A stretch of DNA of 64,000 nt from an uncultured Bacteroidales bacterium (GTDB lineage: Bacteria > Bacteroidota > Bacteroidia > Bacteroidales > Muribaculaceae): the NCBI GenBank assembly GCA_947644715.1, contig CANSAP010000010.1, positions 718 through 64,717 on the forward strand. Direction: 5' to 3'. Position 1 is the stretch's first letter, and every line of letters starts with the position of its first letter. The position numbers were made by a program, and so were the translations under genes. This document shows, piece by piece, positions 37,752 to 46,118 of the stretch. The notes under the pieces are model-generated. The model made no database searches and was not told the origin of the DNA. It saw only the letters and a program-made list of their open reading frames with translations.

Positions 37752-39092
37752 ATGAACATTAACGAAATCATGGCCAACCTTGAGGCCAAGCATCCCGGTG
37801 AAAAAGAATATCTCCAGGCTGTAAAAGAAGTGCTTCTCTCCGTAGAGGAGGTGTACAATCAGCACCCCGAATTTGAGAAAGCTCGCCTCATCGAGCGCAT
37901 GGTGGAACCCGACCGCATCTTCACCTTCCGCGTAACTTGGGTAGACGACAAGGGCGAAGTGCAGAATAACATCGGCTATCGCGTGCAGTTCAACAACGCC
38001 ATCGGCCCCTACAAGGGTGGTATCCGTTTCCACGCTTCCGTTAACCTCTCCATCCTGAAGTTCCTCGGCTTCGAGCAGACCTTCAAGAACGCTCTGACCA
38101 CTCTGCCCATGGGCGGCGGCAAGGGCGGTTCCGACTTCTCCCCCCGTGGCAAGAGCGACGCTGAAATCATGCGTTTCTGCCAGGCCTTCATCCTTGAGCT
38201 GTGGCGCAACCTCGGTCCCGACCGCGACGTGCCCGCAGGTGACATAGGCGTAGGTGGCCGTGAAGTTGGCTACATGTATGGCATGTATAAGAAGCTCGCC
38301 CGCGAAAACACCGGCACTTTCACCGGCAAGGGTCTCAGCTTCGGCGGTTCTCTCATCCGCCCCGAGGCTACCGGCTTCGGCGCTCTCTACTATGTGCAGA
38401 ACCTCCTCACCAAAGATATGAACACTGACCTGAAGGGCAAGACCATCGCTATCTCCGGCTTCGGCAACGTTGCCTGGGGTGCCGCTACCAAGGCTACCGA
38501 ACTCGGTGGTAAGGTTGTGACCATCTCCGGCCCCGACGGCTACATCTATGACCCCGCCGGTCTCGATGCAGAGAAGATTGACTACATGCTCGAACTCCGT
38601 GCTTCCGGCAACGACATCGTAGCTCCCTACGCTGAGAAGTTCCCCGGCTCACAGTTCTTCGCAGGCAAGAAGCCCTGGGAGCAGAAGGTGGACATCGCTC
38701 TTCCTTGTGCTACTCAGAACGAGCTGGGCGGCGAAGATGCCAAGCAGCTTATCGCTAACGGCGTGATGCTCTGTGCTGAGGTGTCTAACATGGGTTGCAC
38801 CCCCGAGGCTATCGACGCTTTCATCGCTGCCAAGGTGCCCTACGCTCCCGGTAAGGCTGTAAACGCTGGTGGTGTGGCTGTTTCCGGTCTGGAAATGACT
38901 CAGGACGCCGAGCACCTCATGTGGACTGCCGAAGAGGTAGACGCCAAGCTCCACCAGATCATGGAGTCCATCCACCACGAGTGCGTGAAGTATGGCAAGC
39001 AGGCTGACGGCTACATCAACTACATGAAGGGCGCCAACATCGCCGGCTTCATGAAGGTGGCTGACGCTATGATGGGTCAGGGCATCATCTAA
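37752..39092 (+). CDS. gdhA: NAD(P)-specific glutamate dehydrogenase
   Basis: KGGIRFH, LPMGGGKGG, GFGNVAW motifs. 446 aa. Confidence 0.96.
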   Translation: MNINEIMANLEAKHPGEKEYLQAVKEVLLSVEEVYNQHPEFEKARLIERMVEPDRIFTFRVTWVDDKGEVQNNIGYRVQFNNAIGPYKGGIRFHASVNLSILKFLGFEQTFKNALTTLPMGGGKGGSDFSPRGKSDAEIMRFCQAFILELWRNLGPDRDVPAGDIGVGGREVGYMYGMYKKLARENTGTFTGKGLSFGGSLIRPEATGFGALYYVQNLLTKDMNTDLKGKTIAISGFGNVAWGAATKATELGGKVVTISGPDGYIYDPAGLDAEKIDYMLELRASGNDIVAPYAEKFPGSQFFAGKKPWEQKVDIALPCATQNELGGEDAKQLIANGVMLCAEVSNMGCTPEAIDAFIAAKVPYAPGKAVNAGGVAVSGLEMTQDAEHLMWTAEEVDAKLHQIMESIHHECVKYGKQADGYINYMKGANIAGFMKVADAMMGQGII

Positions 39093-39122
39093 TTCAGAGA
39101 ATAGATAATTCCCCATACAGTC

Positions 39123-39165
39123 GCGGGAGACAGATTCAGATGAATTTGTCTCCCGCTTTCTTTTG
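39123..39165 (+). terminator. Rho-independent terminator of gdhA
   Basis: gcgggagaca / tgtctcccgc stem followed by tttcttttg. Confidence 0.8.
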
Positions 39166-39251
39166 TGATGTCAACAGATGGAAAACCGGACCACAAAAAC
39201 GGTTAAGTGGCCATAAGGGGGCAATAATTGGTGATGAAGAAGGAGTCGGAA

Positions 39252-40352
39252 TCAGCAATTGAGCTGAAGTCGCGATCCGGGCCAGCGGAGCAGCAATCCG
39301 CGGAATTCCATCTCTGCAACTTCCGCCATAATCACATGCACGGGCAAAGAGCAGGCTCGGGTTATTTCGTCGATGGTCATCGGGGCATCCGTGGCTCGCA
39401 ATGCATCGGCTATCCGGGCGGCGTTACCCTCGAGGGTGGGGAACAGCGAGGGATGTCGGGAGGGTGTGGCGCCGGTCGGTTGCCATTCGGCTGATTCCGC
39501 GATGTCGTCTCCGCAGGTGATTAGCTGTGCGCGACCGGTGCGTATCAGCTTGTTGCAGCCTGCGGATGCTTGGTCATTTGTGCGCCCCGGAAGGGCAAAC
39601 ACTTTTCGGCCGGCCGCAGCAGCATGTGCGGCAGTTCCCAATGCGCCTCCTCGAATGTCGCTTTCCACAACGAGGGTGGCATCAGAGAGCGCGGCAATTA
39701 TGCCGTTGCGCTCCAGAAAATGATTCCGGAAGGGGCGCAAGTCATGAGTATAGGCGGTTAGGATGGCACCCCCGGCAGCCACAATGCGGCCTGCAAGGTC
39801 GCGGTGAGCTGCCGGATAAATCATTCCCAATCCGTGGGCAACAACGGCTATGGTCGGCATCCCGGCTTTCAGAGTAGCCTCATGTGCGGCGGCATCAATG
39901 CCGTATGCAAGGCCGCTGATGATGGTCACCGGTGGCGTCAGCTCCGCCAGGCGGTTGATTATGCGCGATGTATTGTCTACGCCATAGGGGGTGCATTTGC
40001 GTGTCCCGACTACAGCTAATGCCCGCTCCGGCGAGAGTGAAGCGGAGCCGAGGCGAGTCAGCATCCGTGCTTCATTGCGTGTGCCGAGGAGCCGCTGCGG
40101 ATATTCCGGGTCAAGCGGAGTCAGCAGCGTCAGATTATGTGTAGTGATGAAGTCAGCCTCCCGCTCCGCTTTTTTCAGGGCGGCATCGCGGGCTGCTGCC
40201 GTCTCCTTCGGAGTGGAGCGGGTCATCTCTGCCAGCTCCGTGGCGGGAAGCGAGAGCACCTGAGAGGCGGAAAGCCTGCGTGCAATCACCTCCGGGTAAG
40301 CCACCTGAGAGAGCAGCGCCAAAGCTATGCTGGCTTGCAGGTCGGCGCTCAT
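39252..40352 (-). CDS. dprA: DNA-processing protein DprA
   Basis: GTRKCTPYG, ISGLAYGIDAAAH, Rossmann-like DprA core, C-terminal wHTH-like tail. Confidence 0.9.
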   Translation of the reverse strand: MSADLQASIALALLSQVAYPEVIARRLSASQVLSLPATELAEMTRSTPKETAAARDAALKKAEREADFITTHNLTLLTPLDPEYPQRLLGTRNEARMLTRLGSASLSPERALAVVGTRKCTPYGVDNTSRIINRLAELTPPVTIISGLAYGIDAAAHEATLKAGMPTIAVVAHGLGMIYPAAHRDLAGRIVAAGGAILTAYTHDLRPFRNHFLERNGIIAALSDATLVVESDIRGGALGTAAHAAAAGRKVFALPGRTNDQASAGCNKLIRTGRAQLITCGDDIAESAEWQPTGATPSRHPSLFPTLEGNAARIADALRATDAPMTIDEITRACSLPVHVIMAEVAEMEFRGLLLRWPGSRLQLNC

Positions 40353-40777
40353 CGCATGTATTTTCCGAAGATTGAGGCCAGCTCGTCGCCACGGCTCAGC
40401 TTGCCATCTTTCAGGGCGACGATGGTGACAGTGCCTTGTGCGGCATAGGTGCCGTCAGGAAAAATAATATCCTGCTTGAACACGAATCGGGCACCCTTGC
40501 GCTCCACCTTGAGGCAGGAGATGAAGCGGTCACCCACACGCAGCGAGTTCTTATACTCCACTTCAATCTTGCGCACCACCGGGTCAATGCCCATGCGGTG
40601 CATCTCGCCGAACGACATTCCGGCTTCTGCACAGAACGTGTGGCGCGTGTGCTCCATGTAGTGAAGATAGTTGGCATTGTTGACAATCTCTTGACTGTCA
40701 AGCTCATAGTCGCGCACCACCATTTCCAGGGCGAAGCAATACTTCTTGTTGTCCTTAAGAATCGGCATATCCGTCAT
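40349..40777 (-). CDS. Acyl-CoA thioesterase, hotdog fold (YbgC/4HBT family)
   Basis: VRDYELDSQEIVNNANYLHYMEHTRH... Start taken at ATG 40777, just downstream of the promoter box. Confidence 0.8.
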   Translation of the reverse strand: MTDMPILKDNKKYCFALEMVVRDYELDSQEIVNNANYLHYMEHTRHTFCAEAGMSFGEMHRMGIDPVVRKIEVEYKNSLRVGDRFISCLKVERKGARFVFKQDIIFPDGTYAAQGTVTIVALKDGKLSRGDELASIFGKYMR

Positions 40778-40792
40778 TGTTTGTGTGAGCTG

Positions 40793-40800
40793 CAAAATTA
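40793..40800 (-). promoter_or_regulatory. -7 promoter box (TAATTTTG on the minus strand)
   Basis: Plus-strand caaaatta, 15 nt upstream of the ATG at 40777. Confidence 0.5.
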
Positions 40801-40895
40801 ATGATTTTTGACAATATAACAAAGAGGCCGGGCAGATGGTTGATTTTTCAACCAATTAACCTCTTTGAACGTTTCTTAAATAAAACGCTCTAACT

Positions 40896-41657
40896 ATGAA
40901 ACTACAACCCGGCACCCGCCCTTATCATTATGTCTTTCTCGTGCTGCACCTGATAGTGCTGGCACTCTCCGTCTATCTCGTCATCACCATAAGTCTTGAC
41001 ACCTTCCGTGATGTGAACTTCTATTCCCCCGGCTTTCTGCGCACACAGTTCTATATCTGCATGGCCTTCATTGCCGACTTCTTTGTGGAGCTGATGCTCT
41101 CGCCTCACCGATGGCGTTTCTTCAGGAACAATGTTGTGTTTCTGATTTTCTCGATTCCTTATCTTGAGATTTTTAATCTGCTCGATGTGACCTTTACCCC
41201 TATGGCTGCTTACCTGGTGCAATTCATTCCGCTGGTGAGGGGTGGATATGCATTGGCCATCGTGGTCGGATGGTTCACCTACAACCGCGCGGCATCAATC
41301 TTCGTGACCTATCTGGTTACGCTGCTGGCCACCGTCTATTTCGGGTCGCTCATTTTCTTCCTGTTCGAGCATAAGATTAACCATGAGGTGCAGACCTATG
41401 GCGATGCTCTTTGGTGGGCGCTGATGGACATGACCACCGTAGGCAGCAATATCAACCCCATGAGCTATGTGGGGAAAGTGCTCGCTGTGGTTCTGGCCGC
41501 GTTGGGGATGATGATGTTCCCGATATTCACGGTCTACATTACGAGCATCATCACGCAGCGCCGGTCAAAGCCGTTGCCCGGCATTCCCGGCCGCCGGGCC
41601 GATGTGGCGCAACCCGGAGGAGCCTCGACCCGGAGTGATGCTCCTCAAAAAGAGTAG
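40896..41657 (+). CDS. Ion-transport (voltage-gated-channel superfamily) protein with an atypical pore sequence
   Basis: Multi-TM protein with a P-loop WWALMDMTTVGSNINP, where K+ channels have TVGYGD. Confidence 0.7.
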   Translation: MKLQPGTRPYHYVFLVLHLIVLALSVYLVITISLDTFRDVNFYSPGFLRTQFYICMAFIADFFVELMLSPHRWRFFRNNVVFLIFSIPYLEIFNLLDVTFTPMAAYLVQFIPLVRGGYALAIVVGWFTYNRAASIFVTYLVTLLATVYFGSLIFFLFEHKINHEVQTYGDALWWALMDMTTVGSNINPMSYVGKVLAVVLAALGMMMFPIFTVYITSIITQRRSKPLPGIPGRRADVAQPGGASTRSDAPQKE

Positions 41658-41687
41658 GTAAAATTTGGGCGATTGGAGGGAAAGTGG

Positions 41688-41695
41688 TAACTTTG
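41688..41695 (+). promoter_or_regulatory. -7 promoter box TAACTTTG for the fur-family gene
   Basis: TAnnTTTG match 59 nt upstream of the ATG at 41754. Confidence 0.5.
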
Positions 41696-41753
41696 CAGGT
41701 GATTAACGGCAAAGGCTCCGCAAGGGGCCGCGCCGTGACATCATGAGTGCATA

Positions 41754-42224
41754 ATGACCCATCAGGAGTACTACATACAGGCCGTGAAGCGCTTCAACGG
41801 TTTTCTGGAGAGCAAGCGGCTGCGCAAGACTCCGGAACGCTTTGCCATTCTGCGACAGGTGTGGCAGATGAAGGCACATTTCGGCATCGACGAGCTTCAT
41901 GCCGCGCTGGAGAATGTGGGCTACCATGTGAGCCGTGCCACGGCTTACAATACGGTCGACCTCCTCGTGGAATGCGGCGTGCTCAGAAGGCACACATTCG
42001 TCTCCGGCGAAGCGCAGTATGAGGCAGCCCGTGAGGGGCATCTCCATCTGATTTGCACCCGATGCGGAGCAATCACGGAGGTCTCCACACCACCCCCGAT
42101 GGCTCACATGCTCGATGATGACTTATATGGAAGCTTCAGACCGGCTTACTTGCTGGCCTATGTTTATGGGCTGTGCGGCGAGTGTGCCGCCAAGCCGGAG
42201 CCGCAAGTGCGGCCGAAGAAATAA
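41754..42224 (+). CDS. Fur-family transcriptional repressor (Fur/Zur/PerR type not resolvable)
   Basis: wHTH (SRATAYNTVDLLVECGVLRR) plus HLICTRCG...GLCGEC metal-site cysteines. Confidence 0.85.
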   Translation: MTHQEYYIQAVKRFNGFLESKRLRKTPERFAILRQVWQMKAHFGIDELHAALENVGYHVSRATAYNTVDLLVECGVLRRHTFVSGEAQYEAAREGHLHLICTRCGAITEVSTPPPMAHMLDDDLYGSFRPAYLLAYVYGLCGECAAKPEPQVRPKK

Positions 42225-42279
42225 TAACCCGTAGCCGGGTCCCTTCCCGTGGGGCGTGGCGCAATGCAAATATCAGGAA

Positions 42280-43554
42280 ATGAAAGTAGACGTGCTTCTG
42301 GGTCTCCAATGGGGAGACGAAGGCAAAGGTAAAGTAGTGGATGTGCTCACCCCGCGTTACGATGTGGTGGCTCGTTTTCAGGGAGGCCCCAATGCCGGCC
42401 ACACCCTCGAATTCGGCGGACACAAATATGTGCTTCGCTCCATCCCCTCGGGCATCTTTCAGCCCGGCAGCGTCAATATCATAGGCTCCGGTGTCGTGCT
42501 CGACCCCGTGCTCTTCGCCCAGGAGGCCCGCGAACTCGAAAAGAGCGGAGTGCCCATCAAGGATATACTCCGCATCTCCCGCAAGGCGCATCTGATTCTG
42601 CCCACTCATCGCCTGCTCGATGCCGCCAATGAGAAAGCCAAAGGCTCCGGCAAAATCGGAACTACAGGTAAGGGTATCGGCCCTACTTACACTGATAAAA
42701 TCTCACGCAACGGTCTGCGTGTAGGAGACCTCACAACCTCCTTCTCAGAAAAGTATGCAGCAGCCAAGAGCCGCCATCTCGGAATGCTTGAGGCCATGGG
42801 ATGCCCCGCTGACGCCGACGCGCTTGCCGCGCTCGAAAAAGACTGGATGGAGGCCGCCGAATACCTGAAGAGCTATCCGCTCATTGACTCCGAATATGAA
42901 ATCAACGAAGCGCTCGCAGTTGGCAAGAAAGTGCTCTGCGAAGGTGCCCAGGGCACGATGCTCGATGTGGACTACGGTTCCTATCCTTTCGTGACCTCAT
43001 CCAACACTGTCACCGCCGGCGCCTGCACCGGCCTCGGCGTTGCTCCCGGCAAAATCGGCGACGTGTTCGGAATCTTCAAGGCTTACTGCACCCGCGTGGG
43101 CAGCGGCCCGTTCCCCACAGAACTCTTCGACGAAACCGGCAAACGCATCCGCGACCTCGGCCATGAATATGGCGCCGTAACAGGTCGCGAACGCCGCTGC
43201 GGCTGGATTGACCTCGTGGCTCTCCGCTACGCAATCATGATTAACGGTGTGACCAAACTCATCATGATGAAGAGCGACGTGCTCGACGACTTCCCCGTTG
43301 TGAAGGCATGCACGGCCTATCGCATCAACGGCAAGGAGACCGATCGTGTCCCCTTCGACATTGATGCAGCAGAAATTGAACCTGTCTACACTGAACTGCC
43401 CGGCTGGCAGACCGACATGACCTCAATCAAGAGCGAAGAGGAATTCCCCGAACAGTTCAAGCAGTATATCAGCTTCCTTGAAAGAGAGCTGGGTGTGCCC
43501 ATCGCAATCGTGAGCGTAGGCCCCGACCGCACCCAGACCATCGAACGCAAGTAA
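42280..43554 (+). CDS. purA: Adenylosuccinate synthase
   Basis: LGLQWGDEGKGKVVD, GTTGKGIGPTY. Start taken at MKVDVLLG (42280). Confidence 0.97.
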   Translation: MKVDVLLGLQWGDEGKGKVVDVLTPRYDVVARFQGGPNAGHTLEFGGHKYVLRSIPSGIFQPGSVNIIGSGVVLDPVLFAQEARELEKSGVPIKDILRISRKAHLILPTHRLLDAANEKAKGSGKIGTTGKGIGPTYTDKISRNGLRVGDLTTSFSEKYAAAKSRHLGMLEAMGCPADADALAALEKDWMEAAEYLKSYPLIDSEYEINEALAVGKKVLCEGAQGTMLDVDYGSYPFVTSSNTVTAGACTGLGVAPGKIGDVFGIFKAYCTRVGSGPFPTELFDETGKRIRDLGHEYGAVTGRERRCGWIDLVALRYAIMINGVTKLIMMKSDVLDDFPVVKACTAYRINGKETDRVPFDIDAAEIEPVYTELPGWQTDMTSIKSEEEFPEQFKQYISFLERELGVPIAIVSVGPDRTQTIERK

Positions 43555-43684
43555 CCCCACTTCCCATACACGTCAGAGCCGGGACCTTTCCCGACTCTGA
43601 CGCTTCCCCATCTCTCACTCCTCACCCCCCTACATAAACTAATTCCTTAAATATTAACACCAAAAACACTGAGAACAATTTACT

Positions 43685-44929
43685 ATGGCTAAAGTAAAAC
43701 CGTTCCGCGGCCTGCGTCCGCCCAAAGAAATGGTAGAAGAGGTAGTATCACGCCCCTACGATGTGCTGAACTCCGAAGAAGCTCGCGCAGAGGCTGAAGG
43801 TAACCCCAAGAGTCTCTACCACATCATTAAGCCTGAAATTGATTTCGCTCCCGGCTTTGATGAGCATGACCCTGCCGTTTATGACAAGGCTGTTGAGAAT
43901 TTCAATGCTTTCCAGAAGAATGGCTGGCTCGTGCAGGATGAGAAAGACAAGTATTACATCTATGCGCAGACCATGGATGGCCGCACTCAGTATGGCTTCG
44001 TAGTAGCTGCATGGGTTGACGACTACATGGAGGGTCGCATCAAAAAGCATGAGCTTACCCGCCGCGACAAGGAGGAGGACCGCATGAAGCATGTGCGCAT
44101 CAACAACGCCAACGTTGAGCCGGTGTTCTTCGCTTTCCCCGACAATGAACCCTTGCAGAAAATCATCGATACCGTAACCGCCGGTAAGCCCGAATATGAC
44201 TTCGTTGCTCCCGACGGCTTCGGCCACACATTCTGGGTAATCGAGGATGAGGCCATGATTGAGGAAATCACCCGCCAGTTCGCAGCCATACCCAACCTCT
44301 ACATCGCCGACGGCCACCATCGCAGTGCCGCCGCAGCCCTCGTAGGCGCCGAGAAGGCCAAGAACAATCCCAACCATAAGGGCGACGAGGAATACAACTA
44401 CTTCCTGGCAGTTGCTTTCCCCGCATCTCACCTCAAGATTATTGACTACAACCGCGTGGTGCGTGACCTCAACGGCCTCACCTCCGAAGAATTCCTTCAG
44501 AAGGTTGCCGAGAACTTCGAAGTGAAGAAGATGGGCAAGGAGACTTATCATCCCACCGGCCTGCACAACTTCTCTCTCTATCTCGACGGCGAATGGTATT
44601 CACTGACCGCCAAGCCCGGCACCTACAATGACCAGGACCCCATCGGTGTGCTCGACGTGACCGTAAGCTCCGACCTCATCCTGCGCGACATCCTCGGCAT
44701 CACCGACCTGCGCAGCGACAAGCGCATCGACTTCGTAGGCGGCATCCGCGGCCTTGAGGAACTGAAGCGCCGTGTTGACAGCGGCGAGATGAAGATGGCT
44801 CTGGCACTCTATCCCGTGACCATGGACCAGCTCATCAACATAGCCGACACCGGCAACATCATGCCGCCGAAGACCACCTGGTTCGAGCCCAAACTCCGCT
44901 CCGGCCTCGTGATCCACAAGCTCGACTGA
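43685..44929 (+). CDS. DUF1015 domain protein
   Basis: MAKVKPFRGLRPP...SRPYDVL...YIADGHHR... Typical DUF1015 N-terminus and core. Confidence 0.8.
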   Translation: MAKVKPFRGLRPPKEMVEEVVSRPYDVLNSEEARAEAEGNPKSLYHIIKPEIDFAPGFDEHDPAVYDKAVENFNAFQKNGWLVQDEKDKYYIYAQTMDGRTQYGFVVAAWVDDYMEGRIKKHELTRRDKEEDRMKHVRINNANVEPVFFAFPDNEPLQKIIDTVTAGKPEYDFVAPDGFGHTFWVIEDEAMIEEITRQFAAIPNLYIADGHHRSAAAALVGAEKAKNNPNHKGDEEYNYFLAVAFPASHLKIIDYNRVVRDLNGLTSEEFLQKVAENFEVKKMGKETYHPTGLHNFSLYLDGEWYSLTAKPGTYNDQDPIGVLDVTVSSDLILRDILGITDLRSDKRIDFVGGIRGLEELKRRVDSGEMKMALALYPVTMDQLINIADTGNIMPPKTTWFEPKLRSGLVIHKLD

Positions 44930-44932
44930 TTC

Positions 44933-45084
44933 TCTTGAGAGTAATGAGAGAAATGAGAGTTTTGAGAGGTATAAGAGAATTGAGAGGAATAAGAGGAATA
45001 ACCTCGCCGACCATTCTCGCAAGTGCCAATCTCTCTCAGTTCTCTCATTACTCTCAAAACTCTTAAAAACCCTCAAACCTCTCA
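44933..45084. repeat. Two inverted arrays of 9-nt units (core TGAGAG / CTCTCA) forming a long imperfect palindrome
   Basis: Seven head-to-tail 9-mers run from 44933 to 44995 (tcttgagag, taatgagag, aaatgagag, ttttgagag, gtataagag, aattgagag, gaataagag). The mirror array spans 45031-45084. 44935-44952 is the exact reverse complement of 45040-45057. Confidence 0.85.
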
Positions 45085-45117
45085 CTACACCACAATCACT
45101 AACTTAAACTCACGACC

Positions 45118-45675
45118 ATGGGGCAGATAATCGAGCACACAGGTAACTACCGGAATTGGAATGTTTACCGCAAGTCAGTGATTGTCTGCGACCTTACAGA
45201 GATATTCATTACGCGCTTCCTTGGCAAAGGGAATCGCACAGTCGACCAAATGCGCCAGGCAGCCCGCTCATGCAAGCAGAACATAGTCGAAGGGTCTTGT
45301 GCCGCATCTGTGTCGCGGGAGACTGAAATCAAACTCACCGGAGTTGCCAAAGCCTCACTGCAAGAATTAGCGGAGGATTACAGGGATTACTTGCGACAGC
45401 ACTCGTTGTCGCTATGGGCGGTATCCGACCCTCGAGTGCACCGTACCCGCGCTTATCTACGCGCTCATGATGACCCGGAGACCGTCGTGTCAACATGCAG
45501 AAACAGCACTGACGAAGTCATAGCCAACATCATGCTAACCCTGATTTCCCAATTGGACTACATGTTGCGAGCCGTAATAGAACGGGCGGAAACGCTCTTC
45601 ATACAGGAAGGAGGCATCCGCGAAAAAATGTCAGCCACCCGCCGCCAGTGGCGCAAAGACCATCTCGGCTATTAG
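45118..45675 (+). CDS. Four-helix-bundle protein (23S rRNA-intervening-sequence-protein-like, with C-terminal suffix domain)
   Basis: NYRNWNVYRKS...RQAARSCKQNIVEGS...ASLQELAEDYRDYL... Confidence 0.7.
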   Translation: MGQIIEHTGNYRNWNVYRKSVIVCDLTEIFITRFLGKGNRTVDQMRQAARSCKQNIVEGSCAASVSRETEIKLTGVAKASLQELAEDYRDYLRQHSLSLWAVSDPRVHRTRAYLRAHDDPETVVSTCRNSTDEVIANIMLTLISQLDYMLRAVIERAETLFIQEGGIREKMSATRRQWRKDHLGY

Positions 45676-45717
45676 TATAAAAAAGAAAAGATATTTTGCT
45701 GAGTTGGCAATTATTGC

Positions 45718-45725
45718 TAACTTTG
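45718..45725 (+). promoter_or_regulatory. -7 promoter box TAACTTTG for ncRNA-like element B
   Basis: Identical box and context to the one at 25700. Confidence 0.6.
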
Positions 45726-45729
45726 CGAC

Positions 45730-46042
45730 ATTACCACATCGCAGAAGCCCGAGAGAGGGGAAATGCGGGTGGGGAAAATAAAGGAAAGCGTTTATCTGCG
45801 CTCATACTTGACGTTCTGAAATCCGGTAAATTTCAATCGCAGTCAAGAATGTGGCAACGGTAGATGCCTTGTGGATATGTATATTTACACATTGGCTGAA
45901 TGTCGCGAGGCATTTGGCTTATGTGTCTTGCATATTCTGCGTGAGGCTTCTGCGGGTTGCTCTTCTACTGCGATGGGCTTACCGGAGCCTCAGAACGTGA
46001 GAAGGGCAATACGGTATGGCTCCTCACGCTTTTTGTGTTTTC
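45730..46042 (+). ncRNA. Unclassified structured RNA element, copy B
   Basis: Homologous to 25712-26026, with the same helices and a 3' stem plus U-tract (46022-46041). See findings. Confidence 0.55.
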
Positions 46043-46118
46043 AGATTAGCCTGCGAGGGGAGACCGGAGGCAAAACTAACCTCGACACGAAACGTGTCGG
46101 CAAACTTCAGGCAATTCT

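Noticed and set aside
44933-45084. Considered whether the short repeats could be a CRISPR array
   Set aside because: The units are 9 nt and contiguous with no spacers, they are arranged as two inverted blocks, and there are no cas genes. This is not CRISPR.
44600-45085. 161-aa and 82-aa minus-strand ORFs across the TGAGAG arrays
   Set aside because: They result from translating a 9-nt (3-codon) tandem repeat (LSLLS..., SYSSQFSYTSQNSHFSHYSQ) and they run antisense into DUF1015.
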